A DNA stretch of 63,718 bases, filler included, from Licmophora abbreviata (taxonomy: Eukaryota), in the NCBI GenBank assembly GCA_900291995.1. It is 16 parts of 16 records of this genome, joined end to end, with 100 filler letters (N's around TTAATTAATTAA, not from the genome) between each part and the next. Parts side by side here need not be neighbours in the genome. Positions count along the whole stretch, not along the records: positions 44,462 to 45,811 come from OLMU01003322.1; positions 45,912 to 53,126 come from OLMU01003323.1; positions 53,227 to 54,366 come from OLMU01003324.1; positions 54,467 to 56,231 come from OLMU01003325.1; positions 56,332 to 58,517 come from OLMU01003326.1; 11 more parts are not named here. One strand, written 5' to 3'. A program made the position numbers and the translations under genes. The notes under the pieces were generated by a model that was given only the letters and a program-made list of their open reading frames with translations, was not told where the DNA came from and did not search any database. Positions 44,996 to 58,617 of the stretch are shown here, piece by piece (the first letter of the stretch is position 1; each line of letters opens with the position of its first letter).

Positions 44996-46914
44996 TAGAG
45001 AGAGAGGGGAACTAACTGTGACTAATTCTGCTTCAAGAACGGCTCAGAGACAGATTAGCGAATCAAGACTTCCAGTCTACAAGCAGCTATCTGGGCTGGT
45101 ATGAATTTAGCAAGCGGCTTCGCTCTGCATTCACGTACCTACTATCAAAAAGTGGGCAACGCATCGCACCCTGCATCCATATACAAGTGACTGTTGTTAA
45201 GCATGAACCCAGGATTTTATACAACAGTCTCTCCAATGAAATGTAATGTTGGCTAACCAGTAGGCACGCATGACGGCGTTGCGCCTCGACCATCCTCTCA
45301 GCTCGTAATCGGTGCTCTAAGAAATTTTAGTCTATTTGCAGTCACAACCGAAACAATACTAAGGCCTCCGCAGAGGAAGCCGCCCTTCAGGGCCGCAAGT
45401 ACCAGAGGTTCCTACCTCGAATACAGGTAGGGTAATCTCTGTTCGATAACACACGTTATGTATCACATATTTGCCGCCGGGGGGTTATCGATACCTCCCA
45501 TCGAGCTCGTACCACTTACCTCGTTTACTGAAACATCATCGAAACTCCAAGAATTTCCGGGTCTCGGTCCTCTCAATTTCGTACGCTTTGGTATTGATTC
45601 TACGCGTGTCGCAACGGAAGCGATTCTCATGATGTCACTCGGCGATTGGCTAGTTGCTGGCCTCACAAATCTCCGCGAAGGTGGGACCTCTACACTCTCC
45701 ACGTAGAGTTAGGTAGGTTTAGTACGGAGCAGCAGACTGCAACCTTCGCCTCGTAGAATTGTACTGCGGATGTACCTGCTAGAATTTTAGCTTGAAGGTG
45801 AAAAGAAGGACNNNNNNNNNNNNNNNNNNNNNNNNNNNNNNNNNNNNNNNNNNNNTTAATTAATTAANNNNNNNNNNNNNNNNNNNNNNNNNNNNNNNNN
45901 NNNNNNNNNNNAATCTCCGCGAAGGTGGGACCTCTACACTTTCCACGTAGAGTTAGGTAGGTTTAGTACGGAGCAGCAGACTGCAACCTTCGCCTCGTAG
46001 AATTGTACTGCGGATGTACCTACTAGAATTTTAGCTTGAAGGTGAAAAGAAGGACGTCGTCGTAGAATCTGTACTGAGTTCTACGAACAGCGATTGTGCG
46101 GTCGCAATCGTGTCGACCTTTTGGGAAATTTCCCCCTTCATTGAGGAGGTGAGCGGACCATTCGACGCGCTGAGATGTTGGGAGAGGGTATGAAGTTGCC
46201 TCTCAGACGACGGAAGTTTCATAAAAGACCTCCATGGCCGTCGTTTTTTAATTTTTCGCTCATGATCGCTGAATCGCGGTGCTTCACGTAGAATCGTACT
46301 TGACCTCAGTACTGCATCACGTGAACAGCGAATTCGGAATTTCGAGATGCACGAATCGGGCGCGTCTTGCCGTAAACCCATCACGTCGTGGTCGTGTGCC
46401 GCCAAAAGCCGTCTTTGAGGCGTGATACCAGCGTTTTCCGGTTTTATCGCATGAACGAAGATTGTAAGGGACACGATGGCTGTGTATGAGCGCAAGAACT
46501 CGCCATCGAAAGTGAAAAAGAGGTGAAATGGGGCTGGCGCATTGGGTCTCATTTTTTAGTTGCCGTTTTCTGTATTGCAACCATCCGTGTTTTCGTATTA
46601 GATGCGGCATTTCCATTTCCAGACTCACTTATTCCAATTCTTACGATGTTTCCACCAAATTTTGATCCGCCAACAAACTAACCCTTTTCCTCCCTTGGTT
46701 TGACTCTTTCACCACAGGTCACTACTACAAGCTACAGGACGCCTATAAAGCTGCAAGTTTTGTTTGAATCCAAGTACTGGTGCTTTAGATTGAGGTTTTA
46801 TTACATGTTATATTGCTAAGGGAACACACGCTCAAGTTCGGTCCGTAACGATCCGTTCATTCCGGTCCTCGAACCAGTTCCATTCGGCTAGTATCTACCA
46901 TTAGTCTGAATCAA

Positions 46915-49900
46915 ATGGCGAACGCTCCGGCGTCCACCAATGCTGGTGCGGCACCGCAGGCCTTGTTGCCCGCTAGTGTCCCAATTCAAGGTGCACCAGC
47001 TCCTGCACCCGCCGCTTCCATGACGTTGCAGCAACAACAGTATCAGATACAGTATCAGCAGCAATTACAACAACAGCAACAACAGGCGGGTACTCAGCAG
47101 ACGCAACAGCTCCAGCACACAACTTATTCTCCACAGCAGCAAGCGTCGCAGAGTGGTCAAGCGCAAGCGGGACAAGTGCAGCCTCAACAACAAGTCCAAG
47201 CGCAGCCGCAGAATGTGCAGGGGCAGCAACATTTTCCTCATCAGGGACTGAACGGAGGCTGGCAGAGCGATAAGGATGTACAGGAACGTCGAAAGATGAT
47301 TGCAAAGATGTAAGTTCGTCCGGTGTTCGATGCTGTCCGCACCCTCAGTTGTCTCGCTTGTTTCGAAGATAGTTTGCTAACAGTCAGTCTCGTTGCTCCG
47401 TTCAACACAGTGTTCATCTTTTGCAAATGCGAAAGCCCAATGCACCTCAGGAATGGCTGAAGAAACTACCTCAGATGGCGAAACGGCTGGAAGAGTCGTT
47501 GTACCGGTCTGCCAAGTCCTTTGCAGAGTACAACGAGGCATCAACGCTCAAGCAGCGCCTACAGCAGCTCGCTGTGAATATTGGGATGAAAACGAGGAAA
47601 TTGCACCAGGCACATCAAGCCCAGAAACAACAGCAGCTTAAAGCTCAACAGGCTGCCTTCCAGCCTCAACAGTTTTCGCAGCAGCAGCAACAAACGATCC
47701 AGTCTTCGTCGCAACAACCACAGATCTCACAGCCGGGTTCTGTACCCACTACGGTGAGGGTCCAGCAGAGCCAGCCACAGGCATTGCCGCAAGGTCAACA
47801 AGTACAGGCGGCTCCGCAGAGACAGATGGTGAGCATGGCAGATATCAATCCGATTGCAAGCGCATCGTCGCAACAACGGAACTCGTTGGCCCGGAATGGC
47901 ACTGGGAATGCAGCTCCTCCGCCTATCGCTAGACAAGGGCAATTCCAGCAGCAGGCAGGCTCGGTGGCGGCGGTTCCACAACCGGTACAGGCTGCGTCCT
48001 CTCAGGTACCGGGCGGGGGTGGGAATGGAACGAGACAAGTATCGGATCGCCAGCAGGTGCTACGTCATCAACAGCAGCGTCTTCTTCTTCTCCGCCATGC
48101 CGCAAAGTGTCAACATGAAGACCAACGTTGTCCCGTAACGCCACACTGCGCAGGAATGAAGCGCCTCTGGAAGCACATTGCCGAATGCAAGGACCAGAAG
48201 TGTCTTGTCCCACACTGTGTTAGCTCGCGGTACGTTCTTAGCCACTATCATCGATGCAAAGACGTCCGGTGCCCCGTTTGTGGCCCAGTGCGCGAAGCTA
48301 TCCATCGGAGTCACGAGAAACAAAAGCAAATGCAAGCTCTCAAGCAGCGTCATCAGCAAGCGATGGCGACGAGCTCTTCGGGGGTTCAAGGCGTGCCTGC
48401 CCCTGCCCCTCTTGTTGATCAGTCGTCAAAGAGAAGGAAAGCTAATTCGGGCGTTGCTGTTCCTGCTCCCGGATTTGGCAGCCAGCAGAATGGATCAATG
48501 GTTCGCAGCCAGAACTATGCTCTGGCTAAGTCGGGGATTCCTCACCAGCCGGTGACCGCTCAGGCTAAGGCAGGCTACGTCTACAACCAGCCGGCTGGTG
48601 GTGCCATTCGTCCTGGTCAGCCTCGTGTCCCTTCAGTGCCAGGGATGGCATACTCGAACGGTCAAGTCATCATGCCGAAACATTCTGGGCCCAAACCGCA
48701 GGAGGATCACACACTGATCAACTGCTTCTCTATTGAGCAGATCGAAACTCACATTCAATCCCTCAACAAGGGTCTTCAGCTAAACCCGCAACAGCTAAAG
48801 ACGAGATGCTTAGACGCACTCAAAGTGCTGCAGTCGCATCAACACGGCTGGGTCTTCAACACAGCCGTCGATCCAGTGGAACTTGGCTTGCCAGATTATT
48901 TTGAAGTGATCAAACGCCCGATGGACCTAGGGACAATAAAGAAACGATTGGAAAATGGCTGCTACCACTCGCTCGATGAGTTTCATGAACATGTAAATCT
49001 GACGTTTGACAATGCTATGCTCTACAACCCTGAGGGGTCGGTCGTGTATAACATGGCAAAAGAGATGAAGGATAAGTTCAAGAACGACTACACCGTGTTG
49101 ATCCAGAAGCTTCAAGCAGAGGAAGATGCGAGAAGGAAGAACGGAGAAGCTTGCGTTCTCTGTGGATGTGAGAAGCTTCAGTTTGAGCCGCCTGTATTTT
49201 ACTGTAACGGACCGAGCTGTCCTTCCAAACGAATTCGTCGCAACAGCTATTACTACGTTGGCGGAAACAACCAGTACCATTGGTGTCACCAGTGCTTCGG
49301 AGACCTCAAAGAGCGTCAGTTGATCGAACTTGGAGACGTTACGCTGAAGAAGGAGCAGCTACTGAAAAAGAAGAACGACGAACTTCACGAAGAGAGCTGG
49401 GTGCAGTGCGACAATTGCGAACGCTGGGTCCATCAGATCTGTGCCTTGTTCAACACTCGACAAAACAAGGATCATCGCTCCGAATATATGTGCCCTCGTT
49501 GTACTGTCGACGATCGGAAGGCCAAAGGCAGTTCGGAAGGGACGTCGTCGACTCCCATGGCGGAAGATCTTCCACGGACAAAACTATCAGAGACTCTGGA
49601 GACTCATGTGCGCAAGAAGGTCGACGAATACTTTGGCAGGATGGCGAAGGACAAAGCTGCAAAGGAGGTACGTTCCATTTGCCGTTGTGTTGGAGGAACT
49701 TGCAATGTGGATTGGTAGCTTACGTAGACTGTCGCCCTTTCTTCCGTATTCAAAGAATTTATCGCTTGACGAGGCCAAGAAGGGGCTTTCGATGGGCGGA
49801 GAAATCACGATTCGGCAGGTGACTTCCATGGATCGCAAGTTGGAAGTCCGTGAACGAATGAAGAGTCGCTATGCTTTCAAGAACTACCCTGACGAGTTCA

Positions 49901-52721
49901 CGTATCGGTGCAAATGCATTGTCGTCTTTCAGAATCTGGATGGCGTCGATGTTGTCTTGTTTGGTCTATACGTTTATGAACACGACGAGAAAAATCCAGC
50001 GCCCAACACGCGTGCAGTGTACATATCCTACCTCGACAGTGTCCATTACATGAGACCAAGGCACATGCGAACTCTGATTTATCATGAGATTCTCATTTCG
50101 TACTTGGATTATGTGCGAGAGAAGGGATTCCTGACTGCACACATTTGGGCATGCCCGCCGTTGAAGGGCGATGACTACATTCTCTACTGCAAACCCGAAG
50201 ATCAGAAGACTCCGAAGGATGACCGACTTCGTCAGTGGTACGTTGACATGCTTGCCGAGTGCCAGAAGCGCGGCATCTGCGGCAAGGTGACGAACATGTA
50301 CGATCACTACTTTGCCAACGAGAAGAATGATGCCAGTGTCGTCCCCTACATGGAAGGTGACTACTTTCCCGCCGAAGTCGAAAATATCATCAAAGATATT
50401 GAGGAAGGCAAAGGAACCAAGAAGGGCGGCTCTGCTGGTAAAAAGAAGAAAAGTACCAAAGTCAAGAGCAAAAAAAAGTCTGGTAGTCGCGGTGGAACGC
50501 GGTCAACTGGCCTTGATGAGGAAGCACTGGCTGCGAGCGGCTTTTTGCCCCCTGGTATCAACCAAAAGAGTCTCGAGGAAGGCGGTCGAGACTACGTGAT
50601 GGCGAAACTTGGTGAGACCATTCATCCGATGAGGGAGAGTTTCCTCGTCGCTTTTTTGGCGTCGGAGAATCAGGATCCTAAGCACCTCGGAATCCCGAAG
50701 GAGTTCGAAAAGGAGAGGGAAAAGTACTTGGCCAAGGTTGAGGCTGAGAAGAAAGAGGAAAAGGCAGCGGCGAGCGAAACTGGGCCGCAAGAACAAGATG
50801 AATCTTCTGCTGCAATTGCTGAGTGTGCTGGTTCCGACAACGCGGCCGCCAAGACTGAAACCACTCCGGAAGCAATAGAAAGCGAGTCCAAGGATGTTGA
50901 AATGGGCGTTGCTGACGGAGAAAAACCAACTGACATGACACCAGGGGCGTCAGGCGACAATGCCGATCCCGCCACAGAACCTAAAGTGGCAGCGACGGAG
51001 TTACCCAAGGCGGACAGCGAAAGCAAGCCGGGTGGCGAGGAGACGAAAGGGGAAGACGAGGCCAAGGAGACAAAAGGCGATGGGGCCGACAACGAAGCTT
51101 CGAAGCCTGAGGAAAAGCCAGCTGAAGGGGAATCATCCGAACCTTCGACAGAGAAGGGGGCGTCACAAGACACGTCCGAGGCCGTCGCAAACTCCGAGGA
51201 AGTAGTAGAACCTTCAAAGGTCGCCTCTGAACCGTTCATGCAAGAAAAGAAACCTCCTTGCCCGATGCTGTCCAGAAGGAATCCGATGAAACGAAGGAAA
51301 CTGCTCACGAAGATAGCGTTGAGCCCGCAGATAAGCCGAGCGACGACGCGGATAAACCCGAGGTGGAGGCGACAGCTGATAACCACGACGATCAAAACGA
51401 CGAAAGTGGCCCACCCACCGAGTCCGATGGCGACGTTGCGATGGCAGATGCCGAGTCAGCGATGGATACAGAAAGTGACTCGGCGGCCAAGCCGGACGAA
51501 GTCGTGGACAAACCCGCGGAACCAGAGGGTGGTTCTTCCACAGCCACGCTGGAGGAAAGTGTCGAAAAGCCGGAGCAGCCAGCGGGCAAGCCTGAGGAAG
51601 CAGCCGTCGAGCCCGCTGACAATAGCGTCGAGAAGTCAGGCGACATGTCAGAAGCCGCGCCCGTTGGTGTGTCGGAACCGGCGTCTTCTAAGGCCAATAC
51701 CGATTCTGAAGAGAAGACCGACAATGAAATGAAGGTCGAACTTGAAGAAAAGGCAGGCGGCGAAACGAAAGATGATGCAGCGAAAGAGGCCGACGGCACG
51801 GACAAGAAGGAAGATGATGGGTCGAACTCACCCATCCCGGCTGCTGCTCACCGAGAAGGCAAGTTTGCTGCAATGGCGGCGCGGAAGCGGAACCTGGACG
51901 GTGAGCTCAAGGACGACTCGGCCAAAGGTGACCAGAAGGAAACGAACGAGGAAGAATCCTCCTCGAACGACAGAAAGGAGGAGGCGGCCCCCGTTACTGT
52001 CAAGGACAGCAAAGGTCGTCTCGTCAAGGTGATTGATGATGACCTGGAGGAAATGGATTGCGAGTTTCTCAACAATCGTCAAGCCTTTCTCAATTTGTGT
52101 CAAGGAAATCATTATCAGTTTGACTTTCTACGCCGCGCGAAGCACACATCCATGATGGTCCTTTGGCACTTGCACAATCGCGATGCACCCAAGTTTGTTC
52201 AGCAGTGTGCCATTTGCTCTCGGGAAATATTGACAGGGTACCGGTATCACTGTCCTACTTGTGCTGATTACGATCAGTGCGCGGATTGCGTGCGAAACCC
52301 CAGCACTCCGCGGCATCCCCATCAGCTCAAGCCTGTTCCGGTAGCGAGCGGACAACAGAGTGAATTAACGAGTGCACAGCGGAAGGAGCGTCAGCGGAGT
52401 ATCCAACTCCACATGACTCTGTTGCTTCATGCCGCCACGTGCAAGTCTGCTTCGTGTCCTTCCGCGAATTGCACTAAAATGAAGGGCTTACTCAAGCACG
52501 GTGGTCAGTGTCAGATTAAGGCGACTGGTGGTTGTCACGTTTGCAAGCGAATCTGGGCGCTTCTTCAACTCCATGCAAGGACGTGCAAGGCATCGACATG
52601 TCCTGTCCCGAACTGCATGGCGATTCGGGAAAAGTTTCGTCAGTTGAAGAAGCAGCAGCAGGCCATGGACGACCGTCGTCGACTGGAAATGAACCGTCAC
52701 TACAGGGGACTGGCGCGATAG
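46915..52721 (+). CDS. CBP: CBP/p300-type histone acetyltransferase (KIX-like, TAZ, bromo, PHD, KAT11 HAT, ZZ, TAZ)
   Basis: [10 protein letters not shown] (TAZ); [16 protein letters not shown] (bromo); YISYLDS and [14 protein letters not shown] (HAT); [12 protein letters not shown] and TAZ2 domains; introns 47310-47410 and 49668-49755; frame change near 51231-51260. Confidence 0.92.
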
Positions 52722-53242
52722 CGCAATTTACAATAAATAGAATCGTTTGGTCAAATGACATGTGTAGTTCTCTGTTTGTATATAATATCTGGGACCGGAT
52801 CAGCATTACAGTGTGGAGTGTATCGAGAGAGTGTCGTCGTTGTTGTGTCGATCGTCGTGTTTCAATCCATCTTTGGAAGGGTCGTTCGAAACGTGTATAC
52901 TCGTAGTATGATATAATACTTAATGGGAGCTCGGTATGACGTCAAGGTGCGACACTCACACGTTTGGCGTGGAACGAAAAAAGTTTCGGACTGCGCTGCG
53001 AAGTTTGAAAGCATGATGGAAATGATAGCCAGACGCGATGTTTGGAAAGCAAGTGTTGCACTGGCGCTTGATCCTTGCTCCTCGTTCGATTCACTGACTG
53101 CCTCGCATGCACTCTTCACTGGGCAGNNNNNNNNNNNNNNNNNNNNNNNNNNNNNNNNNNNNNNNNNNNNTTAATTAATTAANNNNNNNNNNNNNNNNNN
53201 NNNNNNNNNNNNNNNNNNNNNNNNNNATTTGCGCTGCTATGT

Positions 53243-55106
53243 TTGACGTGGATTCTTGGCGGGTGTCTGCTTGTCACGTGGAGAGGACATCGCCGTACTG
53301 CTGCAGATCAAGACGGGACATCGTCTGTCGCAGTGGACTGGCCGGCTGGGGTGTCTCATACGGCAGTACCTCTACGCAGTCGTCGCACGCCCTTGTCGCC
53401 AGATGCCTGTTTACCACGCAACTTACACCTGAGTCCAGCTAGTGACGTGATGGGTCACACGATAGACATGACTGTCAGCTTTATGCTTGACTATAAGTAC
53501 TGCGCTGATGCGAACGCGACAGTGATCGTGTCAGGATCGAAACTGCATCATTACGAGGCAGTAGGACCTCCACTTCAGTTTCAGTACACGTACTACATGA
53601 CGCCCAATGCGACCTATCAGTCGGACTACGTGTATCATGTACGCATTCCGGATCTACAAGCCAACCGACGATATGACTATCGCATTCGTGTGACGGTGCC
53701 TAACGACATGACTCAAACGACGCACGACAGAACTACTGGTGATACTATTACTTCGCGACTTTCACCCCAACGATCCCTGTTGCGCTACTTGTCACAGTCC
53801 TCCTCCGCCACCACCACCGTCACGACACCCTTCTATTCCTTTCCGACGCCTCCCTTGCCGCACACTCCCACTACGATTGCCTTGATTGGTGAGTGATCTG
53901 GCGATCTTGACCCTGCTATCTCTCTTACACGGTTGTGTGACTTGCTGATCGAGCGCATGTTTTGTCAAATCCTCCTTTCCTACAGGCGACTTGGGGCAAA
54001 CTAGCAACTCGACCAAGACGATGGCACACATTTTGCGAGCATCGCAAATCATTCCATCGTCTACTACTTCTTCTATTGGCGGTGCTAGTAGTATTCACTC
54101 GCACCCAGTGACACTGTGGACAATTGTGGGTGATCTCTCTTACTCCGATAGTGATCCGTATCGATGGGAGAGTTGGTTTGCCACAATGCAACCGCTACTT
54201 CGCACACTACCACTCGTTGCCGCAGCCGGCAATCACGAGATTGAATGCGATCACGCCACACCCCACCGTTTGTTTCAGTTCTACGAGAACTACTTTTCCA
54301 ACCCCAACCGCATCCAGGACGCCATGATACTGCCGCCCCACGACATTGCGTCCGCTCAGAATTGCTNNNNNNNNNNNNNNNNNNNNNNNNNNNNNNNNNN
54401 NNNNNNNNNNTTAATTAATTAANNNNNNNNNNNNNNNNNNNNNNNNNNNNNNNNNNNNNNNNNNNNCATGATACTGCCGCCCCACGACATTGCGTCCGCT
54501 CAGAATTGCTCCTGTCCGAGCGTATTCCGCGCCACCTACGAGTATGGCAATTCCTTTTATGCCTACACGCACGGACTGGCGCGTATGATTGTCCTCAATT
54601 CCTACACGCATTCTTCTGTTGGCAGTGTGCAGTACAATTGGTTGGTTTCGGAGTTGCAACTCTACAATCGCACTCAAACACCCTGGTTGCTTGTCTTGTT
54701 TCATGCACCCTTTTACAATACGTTTCACAATCACGTCAATGAAAGTGAGGCAACAAGAATGAAAACTGCGTTTGAACCGCTCTTTGTCAAATATGGTGTC
54801 AATCTAGTGGTCAACGGACACGTCCATGCATACATGCGCACGCATCCCATGAAGTATGACAAGCGAGATCCCCAGGCTCCCATTTACATTATTATTGGCA
54901 GTGGAGGGAATCGAGAGGGACACAATACGAATGGCTACGAGCACAATCGCTCCGAGCCGTGGGTGGCGTCGCGGGACACCTATGAGTTTGGCTATGGCCA
55001 CTTGCACCTGCCGAATTCGACCTTTGCGCACTGGAGCTGGGTGCGGGATGGCACGACAAAGAAAGGGATTCACGATGAAGCTTGGATTCGAAATCAGTAT
55101 GTGTAG
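53243..55106 (+). CDS. Purple acid phosphatase (metallophosphoesterase), 5' end uncertain, spanning a false gap
   Basis: GDLG (across intron 53889-53985), GDLSY, GNHE, FHAPFY, GHVH metal-binding motifs; 44-nt overlap across the linker. Confidence 0.88.
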
Positions 55107-55288
55107 TATGAGCGTGTTTCATAACGAAAGCTCTTTTCGACTCTAAACCTGGTACTCGTACTACTAGTAACTGGTACCTGGTGCCGACACTCTAAAGGAA
55201 AGGTTCTACTGTAGGACGACGACCAGCCCATGATAGTCCTCTCTATCGATCTACGGTATCTCGACGCCTCAGTGATAGCGATCCTAAA

Positions 55289-57012
55289 TCACTCACTGTG
55301 TTCTAGATACGCTGTAGCTTCAGCCTCGCTGCACAAGTGCCGTTTCTCGTAGTACGTGTCGGGACTGAATCGAAACGTATCGGTCCCGCCCAAGTAGTCT
55401 GGAATGAACTCCTCTTCTACAACTGTTCGCAACATGTCCAATCGCTTTTCCTCATTGTGGGGCAACACTGCAAGCTTCTCTCGTACTTCCTTGGTAATAA
55501 GGGGTTTCACGAGACTCAGAAGAAACTCAGCTGGTCGACTGAGATTGGTCAACAGAACCATACCCAGTCTATCGGGAAAATGATCTTGCAACATGACGAT
55601 CGCTTTCTGGGTATCACCCAGACTTGGCAGCTGATTCACATGCAAATGATTGGCATCCAACACGAGATTGAATTTGCCAATACGACCCTGCGTGCGCTGC
55701 AACGAGTCCATGACAGCCATGTCCAGTGTCTGCAGTACCGCTCGAAAGTAGGAAGCGGCATCCTTCGCATGGCCACGAGCGAAGCGAATCCACACCATGC
55801 CATGTCCACCGCCACCCCCCACGGCTGTACCGGTAGTACTACTTCTGTTGTGGTGATCATCCACACTCCGAGAGTAGCCCCGCAAATACACCAGCCCATC
55901 CTTATTTTCTTGAAGTGCGCTCGGCGACACACACCACGGTTTGTATAACTCACGCCAGCGCAACGTATGCATCAGTGCAAAGTCAGCATCACAGCGATTT
56001 TTTTTGCAGTGACTAAAGGGAAAATTCGTCTTGAGATCGTCCGGAAACTTCATGATTTTAAGGTAGCCTGCCAGCAGGTTGCTCCCGTCGAAAGAAGAAG
56101 GAGAAGCAAAGTGCTTGGTAGGATACCACCAGTGGGAATGGGTGCTGCTGCTGCTGCCACCTCCAGGGCCACCCCAAGAAACTGCTGACAATCGTTGGTC
56201 GACGGATGTGTGATGATGGTGGCTCTCGCGTNNNNNNNNNNNNNNNNNNNNNNNNNNNNNNNNNNNNNNNNNNNNTTAATTAATTAANNNNNNNNNNNNN
56301 NNNNNNNNNNNNNNNNNNNNNNNNNNNNNNNAGAGCCAACTTGCTTCGCCACTCGTTCCTGATGGGATGTATAGACCCACTCTTCAGAAAAGGCAGATCC
56401 AAGACTGGAGCGGGAGTACGCCAGATGCTCATGGTGGTGGTCCAGCGACTTAGCTGTTGCGGTTGACTCTGTCTGGGATGGCAGGAAAGACGACCATAGT
56501 GTCTTCAGTTTCCAACCCACTCGACATATCCGAGACTGATTTCCGCTGCGAACACCTTCTTCATCCCGAGTTGCTTGATTCTTCTTCTTCTTCTTGCGTC
56601 TTATGAATCGCTGCCACCAGGGCCTCTTGTTGGGTGAGGGAGATCTCATCCGCACGGCTTCCCCTCCGTCTCCACATAGGGTCGAAAATCGAAGCAAGGA
56701 TACACCCAGAGTGGTGAGCGTTATTGCCAATAGGATAGCGATGAAATTCAAGATCCACCACCAGCGCCGGCTTGAGGTTCCGACTGCATTAGAGGATCCA
56801 TCTCCGTCTTGTTGACTCGCCATCATGTTTTGACTCTTTCGGTGCGTCGATGGCGTCGTGACTGTAATTGTCGACGGAATACGAGTCGTCGTGCCGTTGT
56901 CATCATGAGCTGCTTTGTTTCTGTGGGCCTTACGTCTCCTCATTACAACTATACACAACGAAGAGTCTCTTGTTTTAGAAGAGGAACGACAAACGGTTTT
57001 GGTGATCATCAT
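55289..57012 (-). CDS. CRAL-TRIO/Sec14 lipid-binding protein with N-terminal TM, spanning a gap
   Basis: TLRWRE, MLQDHFPDRLG, VKPLI...VREK, IPDYLGG; the upstream TM-containing ORF 56332-57012 is on the same strand and open to the gap. Confidence 0.75.
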
Positions 57013-58617
57013 GTGGTCCTTCCAAAAACAAACAGCCGCTTCCCGCTGTTCGCTCCCATGTCGTAGGGGAGAATGTCAGCTTATGGATGTGACACGATGT
57101 TGAGACATTCGCAATTTGGAACAAACAAGAAAGCTACGATACACGATACGATATCAGATATCATACCAGGTACCGGTATTGAAGTAGAGATGAGGTAGAC
57201 TGCTTCACTTTCGCAACTAACACATCATGACGCTGTAGATACCTCTCACGCCAGGTTTCACCATTTGCAAGGTGTGGCACCTTGCATTGCTTCCTTCGTG
57301 TTGAACCAGAACTCTCTGTAGAGAGCTAGCTTAGCCAGTTGCGTCGCCGGTAGACTACTGGTTGAATACCGGTAGTTCCTCCTAATAGTTCGTACTGTAC
57401 TCTCTCGGTATGATAGACTATTCCTCACAGCTCTAGGTTTGCCAACTGTACAGTTTTACAATGAGAGGACTGTCACAAAATAGGTGCTCGAGTCACGATT
57501 CTGTTCCCTCTAAAAGCATCGCTTTTTGCACCCATGTGTCATTCTTGTATTGTCTTTTGACATCTACAAGGCAGCTTTCTAATTGGGTTCGGGACACTCC
57601 AAAACAGGCGGCCCCATGCCAGGAATGAGGGTTCCACAGCACAAGAAATCGTACGTCATGTCAGCATCAATTAAATCTCGTGGCGTTTGTACCTTGTCCA
57701 GAAAAGATAGTAGGCGAGCAGCTCCCGGGGCCGGTGCAAACGGTGGGGGGAACGCGGGCAACAGGAAAATCGCCTCCTGGGTAGTCAAATTCATTGTGCA
57801 AGAAATGTTGCAGGCGAAGTACCTGGCCGATAGCAGCACAAGGCATTGGAGGAGGATGTGGTAAGGAGGAGAAAGAAGAGATTGCGAAGGGCGGTCGTCG
57901 TCATCATGTCTTAAATCAATAGAGACAGACACTACTGATGAGCTTAGAGGCAGCAATTTCGTAGTCACGCCGTGGTGACACTGTAAACGTACCAGAGTGG
58001 AGAGTTGCTTCATGTCGATCAAGACCGGGAGATCAAGTGTAACATGACGTGTGTTCCGAAGCAATATCATGATTATCGTATGATACGAGTATCGTAAGTA
58101 GGAACCTAGACGGCATCTGATTGGGGTGGGTCGCGAGATATGATAGAACATGACGTGGATTGCGAGGTCCGGAAAGCTCTCTATTACGCTTTTCAGACCA
58201 GGGGTACTCGTACATGTACCCTGGTACCCGTACCCGTACACCCCTGTTTTCAGACCTATGTGGTAGTCTGTTATGGATGGCCTTAGCTATTACACTCCAA
58301 AAGCCGCGTACACGATGATCAGTTGAACAACATCCATACCCTGCATGGGTCCCACGATTGAGCCCTCGACTCTCTGTTTTTTTTGTTCGGCTATTAGCGA
58401 GACGGCCGGTTGACGAGGTTGTGTTCTACGTACCTGGTACAGTAGGTGGTACTGGGTAATCTACAGGACCTTATATGATAGTCGTCGCTACGTACCGGCA
58501 TTCTGTTGGAGGGTCCCNNNNNNNNNNNNNNNNNNNNNNNNNNNNNNNNNNNNNNNNNNNNTTAATTAATTAANNNNNNNNNNNNNNNNNNNNNNNNNNN
58601 NNNNNNNNNNNNNNNNN

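Noticed and set aside
45458..46552. Short ORFs upstream of CBP
   Set aside because: No recognisable motif or consistent exon chain; a gene cannot be excluded
57579..58241. 220-aa minus-strand ORF
   Set aside because: Non-ATG start, no motif, begins in low-complexity GTACCC sequence; only the last 70 aa look possibly coding
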